A stretch of DNA of 63,582 nucleotides, filler included, from Squatina squatina (GCA_031763465.1; 3 parts of 3 records of this genome joined end to end with filler, not necessarily neighbours in it); one strand, 5' to 3'. Positions 41,217-54,395 are shown, counted from the whole stretch's first letter. Translations and numbers: made by a program. The notes: a model not told the origin generated them from the sequence alone.

Positions 41217-41584
41217 AGCTTATCCTGCTGTAAGCAAACCAACGCCACGCTGGCCCTGTCCACAAGATAATATCTTTGTTGTATGAATCATTTCAGTGTT
41301 CTTTCTGTCACTGCTTCATGTAGAATCATGGAGTACTAGTAAACATCAGCGGTTCCAGCTCCTCTATGTTAGAGAGCTGGGCCTGTTTCTGGCTGGGTGG
41401 AGATCACCTTGTACAAGAGGTAGGCGGCATACATCACTAATCAGAGCCTGATTAGTCCCCTGGACCAGTTTTGATCACCTAAGAGGGTGGGAGAGGAATT
41501 ATATGTTTCCTTAATTGGTCTAAGTTTTCATCTAGTTTTTTACTTCTCCCAGGAGATCATCACATGCCTCTCAGGTGGATGAAA

Positions 41585-41748
41585 GAAAAGAAAGACTTGC
41601 ATTTATATAGTGCCTTTCATGACCTCAGGACGTCCAATGAAATACTTTTGAAGTGTAGTCACGGTTGTAATATAGGAAACGCGGCAGCCAATTTGCGCAC
41701 AGCAAGCTCCCACAAACAACAATGTGGTAATGACCAGATAATCTGTTT
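41585..41748 (-). mobile_element. Deu-SINE/SacSINE1-like SINE, 3' part with L2-derived tail
   Basis: aaagacttgcatttatatagtgcctttcatgacctcaggacgtcc...ttttgaagtgtagtcac...gcagccaatttgcgcacagcaagctcccacaaaca; the tail resembles the L2 tail at 26450. Confidence 0.75.
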
Positions 41749-42053
41749 TTCCTGTACATTGATGACTGTATCAGTGCCGTTGCCTGCTCTCGCCCTGAAC
41801 TAGAAAATTTCATTCACTTTGCCTCCAATTTCCATTCTTCCCTCACCTACATTTCTGACTCTTCCCTTCCATTCCTCGACTTCTCTGTCTCCATTTCTGG
41901 GGATAGGCTCCTCACAAACATCCACTATAAGCCCACTGACTCCCACAGCTACCTGGACTGCACTTCCTCCCACACTACTTCCTGTAAAGACTCCATTCCA
42001 TTCTCCCAGTTCCTCCGTCTCCGTCGCATCTGTTCTGATGATGCCACCTTCCA
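41746..42053 (+). mobile_element. Penelope-like retroelement reverse transcriptase fragment
   Basis: Stop-free frame FFLYIDDCISAVACSRPELENFIHFASNFH...LPFLDFSVSISGDRLLTNIHYKPTDSHSYLDCTSSH...IPFSQFLRLRRICSD, with the YIDD, LPFLD and YKPTD motifs. Confidence 0.9.
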
Positions 42054-45000
42054 NNNNNNNNNNNNNNNNNNNNNNNNNNNNNNNNNNNNNNNNNNNNNNN
42101 NNNNNNNNNNNNNNNNNNNNNNNNNNNNNNNNNNNNNNNNNNNNNNNNNNNNNGTATCACTGTTCAGTGTAGCAGCACTGAAAGGGATTACGGTGTTTGT
42201 CCTACATACATTTGCTTCAAGGACACAGTACAGAAGCTGTAAGGTTTATTTTGAAATATGACAAGGAAGTGCCTGGGAAGCTCATGTAAAGTTCTAAACA
42301 ATATATACACTGGAATTGTTCAGCACAACTAACACCAGCTTAAAAAACTCAATTACAATTGCATAACCTTCACTCATTCCCATTACTCATTGCAAAGCAT
42401 TTTCTCTTAAGTGCGGCAGGCATAACCTTAAAATATCCCTTTTAACAAATAGCCTTCTATACTAAAGTCCCTTAACTATAACACTGACACTGATTCTCCA
42501 GACAGTAGAGTCTGAATAACTGTGAAATCACCCAATGTGACAGGCTTATAAATCCTCCAGTAGCCGCAATCTTTGCTGCCGTACAAAGGACTGCTAGTGT
42601 ACGATGGCAATGTGGATGTTGTAACACAAGAGAAAGGATATGATGCTTTGGCAACATATATTAAACTCTTCAGTGTATCGTGCATTTTATGCTACAGAAT
42701 GAACAGACACTCTATATGGTCAGCAAGCAAGAAGAGAGGTTATCAGGGTTAGTGAACTAATATCCTAAATGGTCCAAAGTAACAGAAACATTACTTCGGT
42801 AGTGCGTTGCCCTGCATGATTCATATATACGGCATCTATTGTTACAAGCTGTGTAACGACGTGATTCACCTAGTCAGGGTAAATATCAACATTTGTTTGG
42901 CCAACTGTTATACCCCCATCAGACATGGACTACAGTGGAGCTGATTATCGGGTGGCGGGGGTATAACAGGCGCTCAGTACGTCACCGCCCATTTTGTTCC
43001 ACGGCCCAAGACGCACTTCTATCCCTACGTCCTGCATCGAGTTACCTGATCTCAGCATGGGCTAGGCAGGAATGAAAAAAAAGTTGCTCAGCATTCTGAA
43101 TCCTCNNNNNNNNNNNNNNNNNNNNNNNNNNNNNNNNNNNNNNNNNNNNNNNNNNNNNNNNNNNNNNNNNNNNNNNNNNNNNNNNNNNNNNNNNNNNNNN
43201 NNNNNNNNNNNNNNNNNNNNNNNNNNNNNNNNNNNNNNNNNNNNNNNNNNNNNNNNNNNNNNNNNNNNNNNNNNNNNNNNNNNNNNNNNNNNNNNNNNNN
43301 NNNNNNNNNNNNNNNNNNNNNNNNNNNNNNNNNNNNNNNNNNNNNNNNNNNNNNNNNNNNNNNNNNNNNNNNNNNNNNNNNNNNNNNNNNNNNNNNNNNN
43401 NNNNNNNNNNNNNNNNNNNNNNNNNNNNNNNNNNNNNNNNNNNNNNNNNNNNNNNNNNNNNNNNNNNNNNNNNNNNNNNNNNNNNNNNNNNNNNNNNNNN
43501 NNNNNNNNNNNNNNNNNNNNNNNNNNNNNNNNNNNNNNNNNNNNNNNNNNNNNNNNNNNNNNNNNNNNNNNNNNNNNNNNNNNNNNNNNNNNNNNNNNNN
43601 NNNNNNNNNNNNNNNNNNNNNNNNNNNNNNNNNNNNNNNNNNNNNNNNNNNNNNNNNNNNNNNNNNNNNNNNNNNNNNNNNNNNNNNNNNNNNNNNNNNG
43701 ATTTCAGACTACTTACATTTAAATTAAAATTTCATGGTCACTTTGCCCTACACATTTATTGCTATGATTTAAAGATATGATGTGTATTCACAGCAGCTAA
43801 ATTGATTTTTTTCTCTATCGCAATTATTCCATGAGGTGAGCCAATAATCTGATTTTGCTACTGTATGTCATGGGTGTCTATCAATATTCAGACGGTTGTT
43901 TCCAATTTAGTCAGTGACAAACTAGAAAACACTTGACAGCAGTGAAGAGCACGTGTTTTTAAGGATTCAAGCCTTTTCTAGTTTGTGGTTTTGTATCCAC
44001 CGTCAAGTACAGGAAGTTCCATAAAAGCCCAGTGACACCAACAAATTCAAGAATGAGTTATGACCTAATCGTTCAGGAAAGCAGGCAAGTACAGACCCAA
44101 ACTGATGATATTTGGATACTAAATTCTTCAGAGGAGATATTAATAACAGATCAGTATATAAGTAAGTCTGATAGTTTGGCACTAAGAAATGTACTTTTGT
44201 TCAGGGAGCACAGCTGATGGCACATGCAGCTAAAACAAGACGACACTTAATAGTCATAAACAGCACAATACTGGAGTAGTCATTTCTGCCACTGTCTGGT
44301 AAATGAATAAGTGTGTTTGGTAAGAATTTACACTTTCAGTACAAGAATGAGTGATTATTATTTATGCACTATCGACCCAAGACTGAATTTTTTTTGATAT
44401 AAATAAGTATTTATTTGGCAAAGTTGGTTCAAGGAATGTGGAAGAAAGATGATATGGAGGATGTCTTAAGGGTTTTGAAAAACTCTTTCTTGCCCCTTTC
44501 CCATTGAAAAGAAACAACTCCTACTCCAAGGAATGGCTGAAGTCATTATCCGAATAGTTAAAGAATGACATGTTTTAAGAACAGTAAGGTAATTGGAATC
44601 ACTTTAAAACTTTATCTCAGCCCTGTGTTCCACAAAACCTAAATGNNNNNNNNNNNNNNNNNNNNNNNNNNNNNNNNNNNNNNNNNNNNNNNNNNNNNNN
44701 NNNNNNNNNNNNNNNNNNNNNNNNNNNNNNNNNNNNNNNNNNNNNATTGAAAGGGTTTAGCTGCACAGATTGCTTCCCGATTCTCCCAGATTAAGAAACT
44801 TAGCACAGTATCGTTTTACTTTAACTGAACAAGTGCTGCAGAACTCAATTGTCCAGATCCGGGCTACTTTCGGGCTTTCAGTCTAGTTCAGAGCTCATCC
44901 CTCGTAATTAGTTCTCAGTCCTAAAATTACCGGTCCAGCGCCTGGAATGAATGAATGAGCAGAAAGTGGTTATGTAATAGTAATTATCGTGGGGTCATTC

Positions 45001-46269
45001 CATGGTCAAATCATCTGGGACCTAGATTTCAGGGATGGGTGGCTCTGTTATAGTAATTTGGGTGGACCACTTAGAAAAAAAGCAGTAAATGAACACACAT
45101 AGAGCAGGAACTGTATGAGGCACGAAAGATTAAAAGCCCTGGTGATGTTTCTGAACTTTGCTGAACCCTGAGATCCTAATCCTACTGAATGGCTTCCAGC
45201 GCAGTGATTATTGAATCAACAGGGGGACTCGCAGATATAGTTTGTTTGCCCGAGACAATGTTAGGAAAGACTTGTCCCTCTAATAACTGTATTGGACCAC
45301 ATGAAGAGAATTGCAGCACTTAAATCCTGTGTAATCAATCAGGTTGTTCAAAATGGAATCAAAGTCACATAAATTGCCATTCCAGCTCTATAAAAGTAGG
45401 ACATGTAACCAATATCCCTGGGTAAGAGAGACACACATTTGTCTTTGACATATTTATTGGCAACATCACAGTTACTTTTTATTTTCAGGATATAATACTG
45501 GGCACAATAAAACAAGCACACAGAAAATGAAAGCGAGTTGCTTGTTTTCCCTTGTGCAGATCCGGGTCAAACAACCTTACCTAGGGAAAGAAATGCCTTT
45601 CTAAACCCAGACTGTTTTAAGATATTGGCATCTTTCGCAGCAATGAGCAATATAAGTTGTGCACAGTTTGTGTCCTCTCATCTCCAGCCTCTTGCCTCTG
45701 CCCCTGGATTTTAATTATGCTTAAGTATTATCAGTGCCTGTCAGAAACATGAAATGTCTTTAAATTGGAGACTGGAAGGACATCATTTCAGAGATAAGCT
45801 TCTTTAATGTGTTATCGCTATGTGAAATGCAATCTTGGGCGTTGCAGCTTTAAGCATTCTGAGGATTTTGGACAATTCCCACAAGTCATCCTATCAGATG
45901 TGAGGCTATAATTGTTCTCTGCTGCTGTTGCTGTCACTATGGGTTGGCTGACTACCCCACGAGCAAAATCAATGAATCCTTTGGTTCACTTGGGAAGTTC
46001 ACCGAAAGATGTGTCAAGGAATAAGGTTGGTCATGATTTAAAGGTGCAATACGAACAGTCCACTTCTCAACTCTAGGGAAGCTANNNNNNNNNNNNNNNN
46101 NNNNNNNNNNNNNNNNNNNNNNNNNNNNNNNNNNNNNNNNNNNNNNNNNNNNNNNNNNNNNNNNNNNNNNNNNNNNNNNNNNNNAAAAATGATAGCGCAG
46201 AGGTTGTGCTCTGAAATTGTTGAACTCCATATTAAGTCCAGAAGGCTGTAACGTGCCTAATCGAAAGTT

Positions 46270-46415
46270 TTTTGTTAGGTGAGGGTACGAAGGGATGTGG
46301 AACCATTGCAGTTAAATGGAGTTAAGATGCAGATTAGCCGCGATCTAATTGAATGGTGGAACAGGCTCGAGGGGCTGAATTGCCTCCACCTGTTCCCTTG
46401 TTCCTTCCTATGTCC
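46270..46415 (+). mobile_element. CR1 LINE 3' end
   Basis: gattagccgcgatctaattgaatggtggaacaggctcgaggggctgaattgcctccacctgttccc. Confidence 0.75.
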
Positions 46416-49404
46416 CTATCACAAAGCTGGTAAAACTGCTGACTGTTGACTCTGAGCAAATGGTCATTCTTTGGCTTAATACAAGGTTACCTGGCCTCTG
46501 TAACTATTTTGCTGTGATCAGCTGCTTGGAGAGTTGTGAAGACTCGGACCCATCACTTGGATGCTCTTTCCCTCTCGCCCTTTGAAAAAGTAAAGTTATA
46601 CGTCTTTCAGGAGCTCTGAAGAGTTTTGAGTGGCAGAAGGAAACAGTGAAAGTAAATCATTTTATCCAGCAGTTAGAGAAGGTAAATTGGTGAACTGATG
46701 GTTATTGACCTGCAGCCAAAGGCTTTTAATTGAACTGACATACAATGACTTTGCCAGCAGCTTTTAGTTTAAGTTCAGGAGGCAATCTGGTTGCATGTCA
46801 CTNNNNNNNNNNNNNNNNNNNNNNNNNNNNNNNNNNNNNNNNNNNNNNNNNNNNNNNNNNNNNNNNNNNNNNNNNNNNNNNNNNNNNNNNNNNNNNNNNN
46901 NNAAAACCTGCAATGAACAGCCAACCTTTCTTGGCCACAAGTTCATTAATGGGGACCATCTCCCTGCTCTGTTTAATGATGAATCAGTATTAACAGGCAG
47001 GTCTTCTGTTACTTAGTATGGTTCACCATCCATGTAATGAGCCTGTATTTCTTTGCCCTTCCAACCTCATAAAACCATATCTACTTGTGTTCCTGTTCCT
47101 TTGTGCAAAATCTATTTTTTAAATGTGCTACAAAGCATATGCTCATTCAACAGCTATTTTCTACCTATTATCTTCATCCTGAAAACATTGTTTGATACCA
47201 TTTGAAGCTGGTAATGATTACTGGGAACACCGACTGATTCTAACAGTTGGAACTCAATGGTTTTCCATAGTTTGCTAAATGCACGTGTGATGTGATGATG
47301 TATGCCATTCAGCTCTTTATTGAAGCTGACTGGTTTTCAGCCACTGCTATTAACTCTGTGGTTATTCCCATCCAGAGAAAAGCTCAGCTGAAAGCTATGA
47401 TGCAGCTATTGTCTTCGCTTGATTAAGTTCACTCAATTGTTTCCAGCGTTCTGTAGGTGCAATTTCTAACTGATGCAATTGTCTTGTGGGATGGAGATCA
47501 AGGTTTATTAAATACAGAAGAAAGCTTATGAGGNNNNNNNNNNNNNNNNNNNNNNNNNNNNNNNNNNNNNNNNNNNNNNNNNNNNNNNNNNNNNNNNNNN
47601 NNNNNNNNNNNNNNNNNNNNNNNNNNNNNNNNNCCCTTGACTTCTTTCACATTTAGAGCACCTCCCAATAGAGAGATTTTGCATAATCAATGTCAGATGA
47701 AATATTACAACTGAAACACCCATTGGGAATCTAAAGATGTCTTCCTGTTGGAAAAGTTGAGCATTCCCGACTCCACCGCTGTCCTTGGGATCATAATCTG
47801 GCAGAGTTTATATTTGCTTCAGGAAGTCATCTGTGAACAGGACTGTAGAAACTGTTTCAGATGTACTCTCTGTAGCTTGTCTAGGACTGGAGTATGCAGT
47901 GTTCATACATGCTGCTTGTATTTCAAAATGCCCTGTGGGCAGACAACCTTGTTAGCAGAAATGCTGGCACCGCAGTGCAGAACTCGGGGAAGTCGACAAC
48001 TCTACAAGCCAACCTGCAGGCCGCTCGCCTGTTGCCTTGTTGCCCAGGGACAGGACTCCTTTTTGCTCATTGTGCTCCTCTGTTATGCTACCACCACCAA
48101 GAAAGCTCTCGCTTGACAGCAAGATATCCCGGCTGTAAATATAGAGGGTGTGAGCTGCCGGACACTTTATTTGTAGGAACGGCAAGCAGCCATCATGGTA
48201 CTTTAACAGATTGAGATGATTTGTGATTCCTGTGCCCAACTTAGCGCTGAAAGCTACACCAGCAAAATGACAGCTGTGTGAAGATTTCCTGCAGACTGCT
48301 TAATAAACACTCCGCAAATGTGTTGGCGGCTTACATATATAGCCATTGTTTNNNNNNNNNNNNNNNNNNNNNNNNNNNNNNNNNNNNNNNNNNNNNNNNN
48401 NNNNNNNNNNNNNNNNNNNNNNNNNNNNNNNNNNNNNNNNNNNNNNNNNNNAATACGCTTCAGCGCGTTGCTAAATAGTTTTTCGGCCTTTAATGTCTGA
48501 AGATGACAACAGCCCTGAAAACATTCAAAGTCCTTTTGGCAGTCATCTTTCCCTTGGGGCTTTCAGTATCTACATTGAACTGCTTTCTCCTTTGAATTGC
48601 TTTCTGTTTTTGACAGGGATTGAGCAATTTTTAATGAGAATCTTACACTTTGAACTAAGAGTTCACAAGAACCCAATTTGTTCAAGTTTGTATTTCAATT
48701 GCTGTTTATTCTACATTGTTAAATGTGCTCTTTTTTGTGAATGTTGTGCTTATCATGCTGAGGGATATTATTGCTGGTGAATGGAACACCTTCCAATTTG
48801 AACACCCAGTGTCAGTATGATGAACTCCGAGCATAGTTAGAGTGGAGTAAAGCCTCTGTTATCCTCTGTGTTTCCTTGCTTCAAATTGGTGTCTGTGATA
48901 CATGAAGCTCTATGTCGTATGGCAAATGAAAAACACAATTGTTTTGTTTAATCATTTTCTCACGTATCATATTCTTCTGCATTTTGTGTTTTACCTTCTG
49001 TGCACCATTCAAATTGCAGTTTTAAAAAAATGAATCTAGACAATACCCACAAAGAGCACAATGATCTAGATAAGGCAAAAAAAACACACAGGTAAACTTT
49101 AAACTTTCCTCACAAAAGCTACAGCAGTCTAAAAAAAGATAAGGCACAGCCTGAGGCAGATGCAATTTGAGCAGCACCTACTATTCAGTGCAATTCCTCT
49201 TGCCCCTGGAATGCAGCTTCTCCCCTGGAATAGCATAATACTGGTTGACGAGTAGGATGAATGGATGAATACAGCAACCAATCATAGCTGTGTCTTTTGG
49301 TAATGGCTTTTCCCCAGCACATATCGAGAATCAGGAGCAGGTGAATTTATCCACTAAGCAACCAGGGATGGTGATAGCTTTCTTTTTACCAATACTAATA
49401 TATT

Positions 49405-49704
49405 GGGCTGGATTTTACTGTGAAAATAACAGTGAGGCTAACAGAACCATTATTTATGCGGAAATCGGACAGCAACTTCTGTAGAGCGGAGATGTGCAGT
49501 TAAACACAAAAATCCGTAAATTGCTGTTTGAGATGTGCTGGCCCTCTGTAAGCTGTGCAAAAATGGCATTTTAACATCTGCTTCCTCATTCAAATATATT
49601 GAAAGGTGTGAAGTTCTTGTGCTGTCTTTCTTTTACTGGCATCATAGATACAGACTAAACACACCACAAAACATTAGGGCTTGTCCATTCCAATCTAAGT
49701 ACCC
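49405..49704. mobile_element. MITE, same family as 6212-6946, truncated by gap
   Basis: gggctggattttactgtgaaaataac...aaatcggacagcaacttctgtagagcggagat aligns with the start of the 6212 copy. Confidence 0.6.
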
Positions 49705-49748
49705 NNNNNNNNNNNNNNNNNNNNNNNNNNNNNNNNNNNNNNNNNNNN

Positions 49749-49760
49749 TTAATTAATTAA
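49749..49760. other. Artificial contig-joining linker TTAATTAATTAA inside a gap
   Basis: 44 N + 12-mer + 44 N, identical to 29428-29439. Confidence 0.95.
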
Positions 49761-49898
49761 NNNNNNNNNNNNNNNNNNNNNNNNNNNNNNNNNNNNNNNN
49801 NNNNACTGTAAATAGTAACTCTTCATAAAATGTAACCTCTGTACAATGGGCTTATGTCAACAGCTATGCATCAGAAGCACCCACTTTAACTTCCATAC

Positions 49899-50032
49899 CT
49901 GGTGTATATAAAGCTCCCCCGGTTTAGTGGTTTCAATGTTCCCTCCAGTTTCAGAAGCCAGATCCACAACAACAGATCCATCCTTCATCGACTCAACCAT
50001 TTCCTTGGTAATCAATACAGGAGCTTTCTTGC
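49899..50032 (-). CDS. NNT: NAD(P) transhydrogenase, mitochondrial; internal exon (domain I)
   Basis: AG/GT-bounded; (G)[44 protein letters not shown]. Confidence 0.93.
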
Positions 50033-51204
50033 CTGCAGAAATATTGAACGAGATTTTAAAACTGGACGAAGGCCTTCGACCAGAACCCTGCCATCGGTTA
50101 TTGAATTAATGTGACAATACCCAAAACAAATGTCCTGAAGCTGGTTTTTGACTGCAAGTTACCGCATTACTGAACTTTACTACGACATGATCCTGTTTTA
50201 TTTTACGAACTGAAAAATAGCATTTAGCAATATTATTAATCATAAAGGAAATTAAGTACCAACCTAAATAATGAACAGAGTATTTTATCACTATCTTTTG
50301 GCATATTAATATTCAGCATAAACTCCTCCCAATATCTACAGATCAATGCCCTACTTAGCAAGCAAGCAGAATTGAAATTTTTTTTTTACAAACAAATGAT
50401 ATCTTAATACTTTTAGTTTTTTATACTCTTTTTTTAGTTTTACAAGCAAACTACACAATTGTAGCCCAACATTTCTCAGGACTTTAAGTTAATAATCAGA
50501 GGATAATATTCCATTTCTGCAACACTATTTCTTTTCTTGAAACCTTCATTTGGAGAGGAACATTTACAGAAATTCAAACTAAGTTGATTTCCATCAGAAA
50601 TATTAGTTTATAATTTTATTTTTCAGCAAATCTGACTGTTTTCATTTTATCTGTAATCTTTTGCTCAGGTGATATGAACATACAAAAATGAATAAAAGGA
50701 AAGACCACTCTAACATACACGTGGCTTAAGTTATAGCATACAAGGCCAAATAATATGGTGTGGAATGGTATAGAAATAGTAAACTGGATGAGTGAGCCTG
50801 ATAGCAGATTAATATACTGCTACCATGCAGTGCTGGCATATAATTTACCCGNNNNNNNNNNNNNNNNNNNNNNNNNNNNNNNNNNNNNNNNNNNNNNNNN
50901 NNNNNNNNNNNNNNNNNNNNNNNNNNNNNNNNNNNNNNNNNNNNNNNNNNNTTTGACCTTCCGCTTGCCACAATATCTTTGTAGCCATTAAGTTGCATAA
51001 CCACGCCCTCACTTCCACTTTTGATGCTCTTGGCCTTGATGAAACTTTCACGGCCGTTTCCCTGGTTTGGCCTGCAACTTACCTCCTTTAAGTGCAAAGA
51101 TGCTGGCTTGAGCACATATGGTGCACAACTGGCTGAGCCATTCATCATCAGATCAGGCTGGACCACAGCAAATTTCGCCAAGCCTCACTTAAAGACACTT
51201 AAAG

Positions 51205-51390
51205 GTGGGGGTGTATATAGAAAAGGCAAATGGGATTCTCAGTTTTTAAACAGGGGCACTGAATATAAAAGCACGTAAATTATGTTGAATTTGAACAAGA
51301 TGCTGGTTGGCTGCAGCTGAAGTACTTTATGCAGATATCTGGGCATCCCAATATAGGAAAGGATATAACATTAGTTCAAAGGTTGCAGGT
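51205..51390 (+). mobile_element. Decayed CR1 LINE ORF2 fragment in NNT intron
   Basis: KANGILSFLNRGTEYKST...PNIGKDITLVQRLQ, homologous to the CR1 segment at 7370-7704. Confidence 0.65.
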
Positions 51391-51432
51391 AATGAAAAGT
51401 ATCTCAGCCCTTCAAAGGAAAATTAAAAGTAC

Positions 51433-51521
51433 CTTGTGTCAAATCCTCTCACAATGGCTCCCATTGATTTTGCAGTACCTGCTGCAGAGAGACCAGCAAC
51501 ACCGCCACCAATAATAAGGAC
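51433..51521 (-). CDS. NNT: NNT internal exon (NAD-binding Rossmann motif)
   Basis: AG/GT-bounded; [29 protein letters not shown](R). Confidence 0.93.
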
Positions 51522-51654
51522 CTACATCAAGGGGAAAAATACAAAGGTCACTGCTGCACATCTTTGTTTCAAAAATTTACATTCAATATAATTTGACAAA
51601 AAGAGTTACAAGCTTTTGAATCCGACACTGACATTCGCAGAGATAAGAGTTAAG

Positions 51655-51926
51655 CAAAAAAGTGGGAAGACAGGGATGATTAGAGAGAGCACAGAAGATA
51701 AGGAAGAGAGAGAAAGGTAGAGAGAGAAAGGGAAGAGAGAGAGAAAGATAAAGGGATAAGGGGAGGAAGAAATAAGGGGTGAGAGTAAAGGCAGAAGAGA
51801 GAGTAAAGGGGAAGAAAGAGAGTAAAAGGGAAAAGGGAGATTAAAGAGAGAAGGTAAAGGGATAGAGAGATAGAGATAAATAGATGGGACAGAGGAAAAA
51901 GGGGGAAGGGAGATTAAAGGAAAAAG
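51655..51926. repeat. Purine-rich (GA/GGA) low-complexity tract
   Basis: Visible A/G-dominated sequence. Confidence 0.85.
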
Positions 51927-52029
51927 TTTTAGTCTGATGCCTTCAATTTTGTTTCAAACTGCCACAAGATGACCTTTTATTATTCCTAAAATTTCTTTAG
52001 GGACGATTTTCATCGGCTCCTTTTTTCAA

Positions 52030-52686
52030 AAATTCGCTCCTGGGATGTGTGTCTCTGGCAAGGCCATCATTTATTGCCCATCCCTAATTGCCCTTGAGAA
52101 GGTGGTGGTGAGCCCTGTTCTTGAACCGCTGCAGTCCTTGTGGTGAAGGTACTCCCACAGTGATGTTGGGGAGGGAGTTCTAGGATTTTGATCCAGCGAC
52201 TATGAAGGAATGGCTATATATTTCCAAGTCAGGATGCTGAGAGACTTGGAGAGGATTTTGCAGGTGATGGTGTTCCCATGCACCTGCTGCTCTTGTTCTT
52301 CTAGGTGGTAGAGGTCACGGATTTGGGAAGTGCTGCCGAAGAAGCCTTGGTGAGTTGCTGCAGGTCATTGCTGCAGATATGCTGAAGATGGTTGAGCCTA
52401 GGACACTGCCCCGAGGAACTCCTGCAATCATGGGGCTAAGATGATTGAACTCCAAAAACTATAATCATCTTCCTTTGTGCTAGGTATGACTCCAGCCAGT
52501 GGAGAGTTTCCTCCCAGATTTCCACTAACTTCAATTTTTCTAGGGCTCCTTGATGCCACACTCAGTCAAACGTTGCCTTGATGTCAAGGGCAGTCACTCA
52601 CACCTCACCTCTGGAATTCAGCTCTTTTGTCCATGTTTGGACCAAAGCTGTGATGAGGTCTGGAGCCGAGTGGTCCTGGTGGAACC
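52030..52686 (-). mobile_element. LINE fragment (CR1/L2 group, shark-type), 3' end plus RT piece
   Basis: ctggcaaggccatcatttattgcccatccctaattgcccttgag recurs at ~60768-60810, and ttccaagtcaggatg recurs at ~29317. The minus strand includes ALDIKATFD*VWHQG and VPRGSVLG-like RT motifs. Confidence 0.8.
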
Positions 52687-52689
52687 AGT

Positions 52690-53325
52690 TAAGTTGGCAG
52701 CTTCAAATGTAACGTAAAAGCACCCACTTTACAGTGATGTCTTCCCTCGGCCACAAGCTCTTCCTCACTGCATTTCCACAACAGATTCACCATGCTGCAA
52801 GTTTTTACACAAGTTTTCATCCAGTCTGACATCATTACCTCTCTCACCATTGAAAGGTCGCTTGAAACTCTCTCATCTTGGTCCTCAGAATCCCACTACG
52901 ATCAGCCCCAACAGCAGCAGCACTGGGCACACCAGCAGCACCAACGACAACACCAACCTTCTTCGCAATCAACTGATGCTGCACAGGACAGAGGGCATCA
53001 GCACCCAACCACATTGCTGCCCAGGAGGCTAGGGATGGTCTCACCATGGCCACATTTACTTCACTTGATGCATTACATCCTGGCTGCCACATGATGAGCC
53101 AGGTTGGCACCACCCCACTCCAAAACCATAAAACATCCCTACAATGCCCAAGCCATTCCTCTCACACTCATGACCATTGCGGGGGGTGGGTACCAATATG
53201 TCTCACCATTTACTGCAACTCACTAAGCCATATCCAAAGGTGCACACAAATCTGTCCAAGAACACAAAACGTTGAAAATAAAGGTTTCAGGGCGCCCAAT
53301 TCGATTGCCCTAAGTTTCGGGCGCT
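52690..53325 (+). mobile_element. Harbinger-derived non-autonomous element
   Basis: 53010-53068 (cacattgctgcccaggaggctagggatggtctcaccatggccacatttact) is homologous to the end of the Harbinger transposase at 4767-4825. Confidence 0.6.
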
Positions 53326-53629
53326 AATGGATGAATAGTTGGGTGTTAAGTTTAGTCTTAGAAATGTTTGGTTAAGACATACAATTCAACACTTAGAAAA
53401 AAACACATAAGCAGCATTAAAAAAACGTCCTAATTTCAGTGCTAAAAGGCACTTTTTATCTTAGTTTTTTTCATGAGGCGAATTGTGGGACAGGTCTTAG
53501 GAGCTTCTATCAAATGTCATGCCACCTCAGCCCTTAAAGGAGTTCATTCTGGAGACACAAGCAATGCTTAGGTCAGTCAAATCATGGTTCATAGATGGGG
53601 TAGGAGGGTTTAACTTGTTGACTGCTCTG

Positions 53630-53890
53630 CTTGGCAGGCATAACCGATGACACCCTGCACCCTCGGGAAACCGGCAATGGTGGCAATGTCCACGTGATGA
53701 CTTGGCGTCTGAAGACTCGCCGATCAGACCTCACCGATGTCACCTTCCTGTCCGACATCTGGAGGATGATGAAGGGCTGCGGCGTGTGCCACCAGTGACG
53801 TCGCTGGCAGTGGCAAGTGAAGGGGTCACTGGTTGTGCTGATGATGACCAGCTGGTGATGCCAGCTGCCTGACATCATCTTGGTGTGCCC
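53630..53890 (-). mobile_element. Harbinger (HARBI1-like) transposase N-terminal fragment, internally deleted
   Basis: Minus strand encodes IATIAGFPRVQGVIG, matching the HARBI1 motif AGFPxVxGxID. Confidence 0.7.
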
Positions 53891-54165
53891 NNNNNNNNNN
53901 NNNNNNNNNNNNNNNNNNNNNNNNNNNNNNNNNNNNNNNNNNNNNNNNNNNNNNNNNNNNNNNNNNNNNNNNNNNNNNNNNNNNNNNNNNAAACTTGCCA
54001 AACCCCACTAACCAGAGAATGCAGTGTATTTTGCAAGAAGGATCAAGAAATATAATAGACACTGCTAAAGAAAAATCAGAACTGTAAGATTAGTGACTTG
54101 AATACCTCACTATGTGTGAAATGCAGAACAGCATAATAATTTAAAGACATAAAAAGAAATCTTAC

Positions 54166-54395
54166 CTTGACAACGAGGTCTGAACCCAGGGCTTCCTTGG
54201 CCCCCATAATTTTGGCACCAACTTCCCTGTATTGGTCATCGGAGAATTTAGCTGCTTCACCAGCACCAGATTCTACCACCACATTAAATCCTTGTTTCAC
54301 CAGAGCTTGAGCACCAGCTGGAGACAAAGCCACTCGCTTCTCATTCTGGAAGATCTCTTTAGGGACTCCTACTGTCAGTTGTTTATAAGGAATTC
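54166..54395 (-). CDS. NNT: NNT early coding exon (start of domain I)
   Basis: AG/GT-bounded; (G)[76 protein letters not shown]. Confidence 0.95.
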
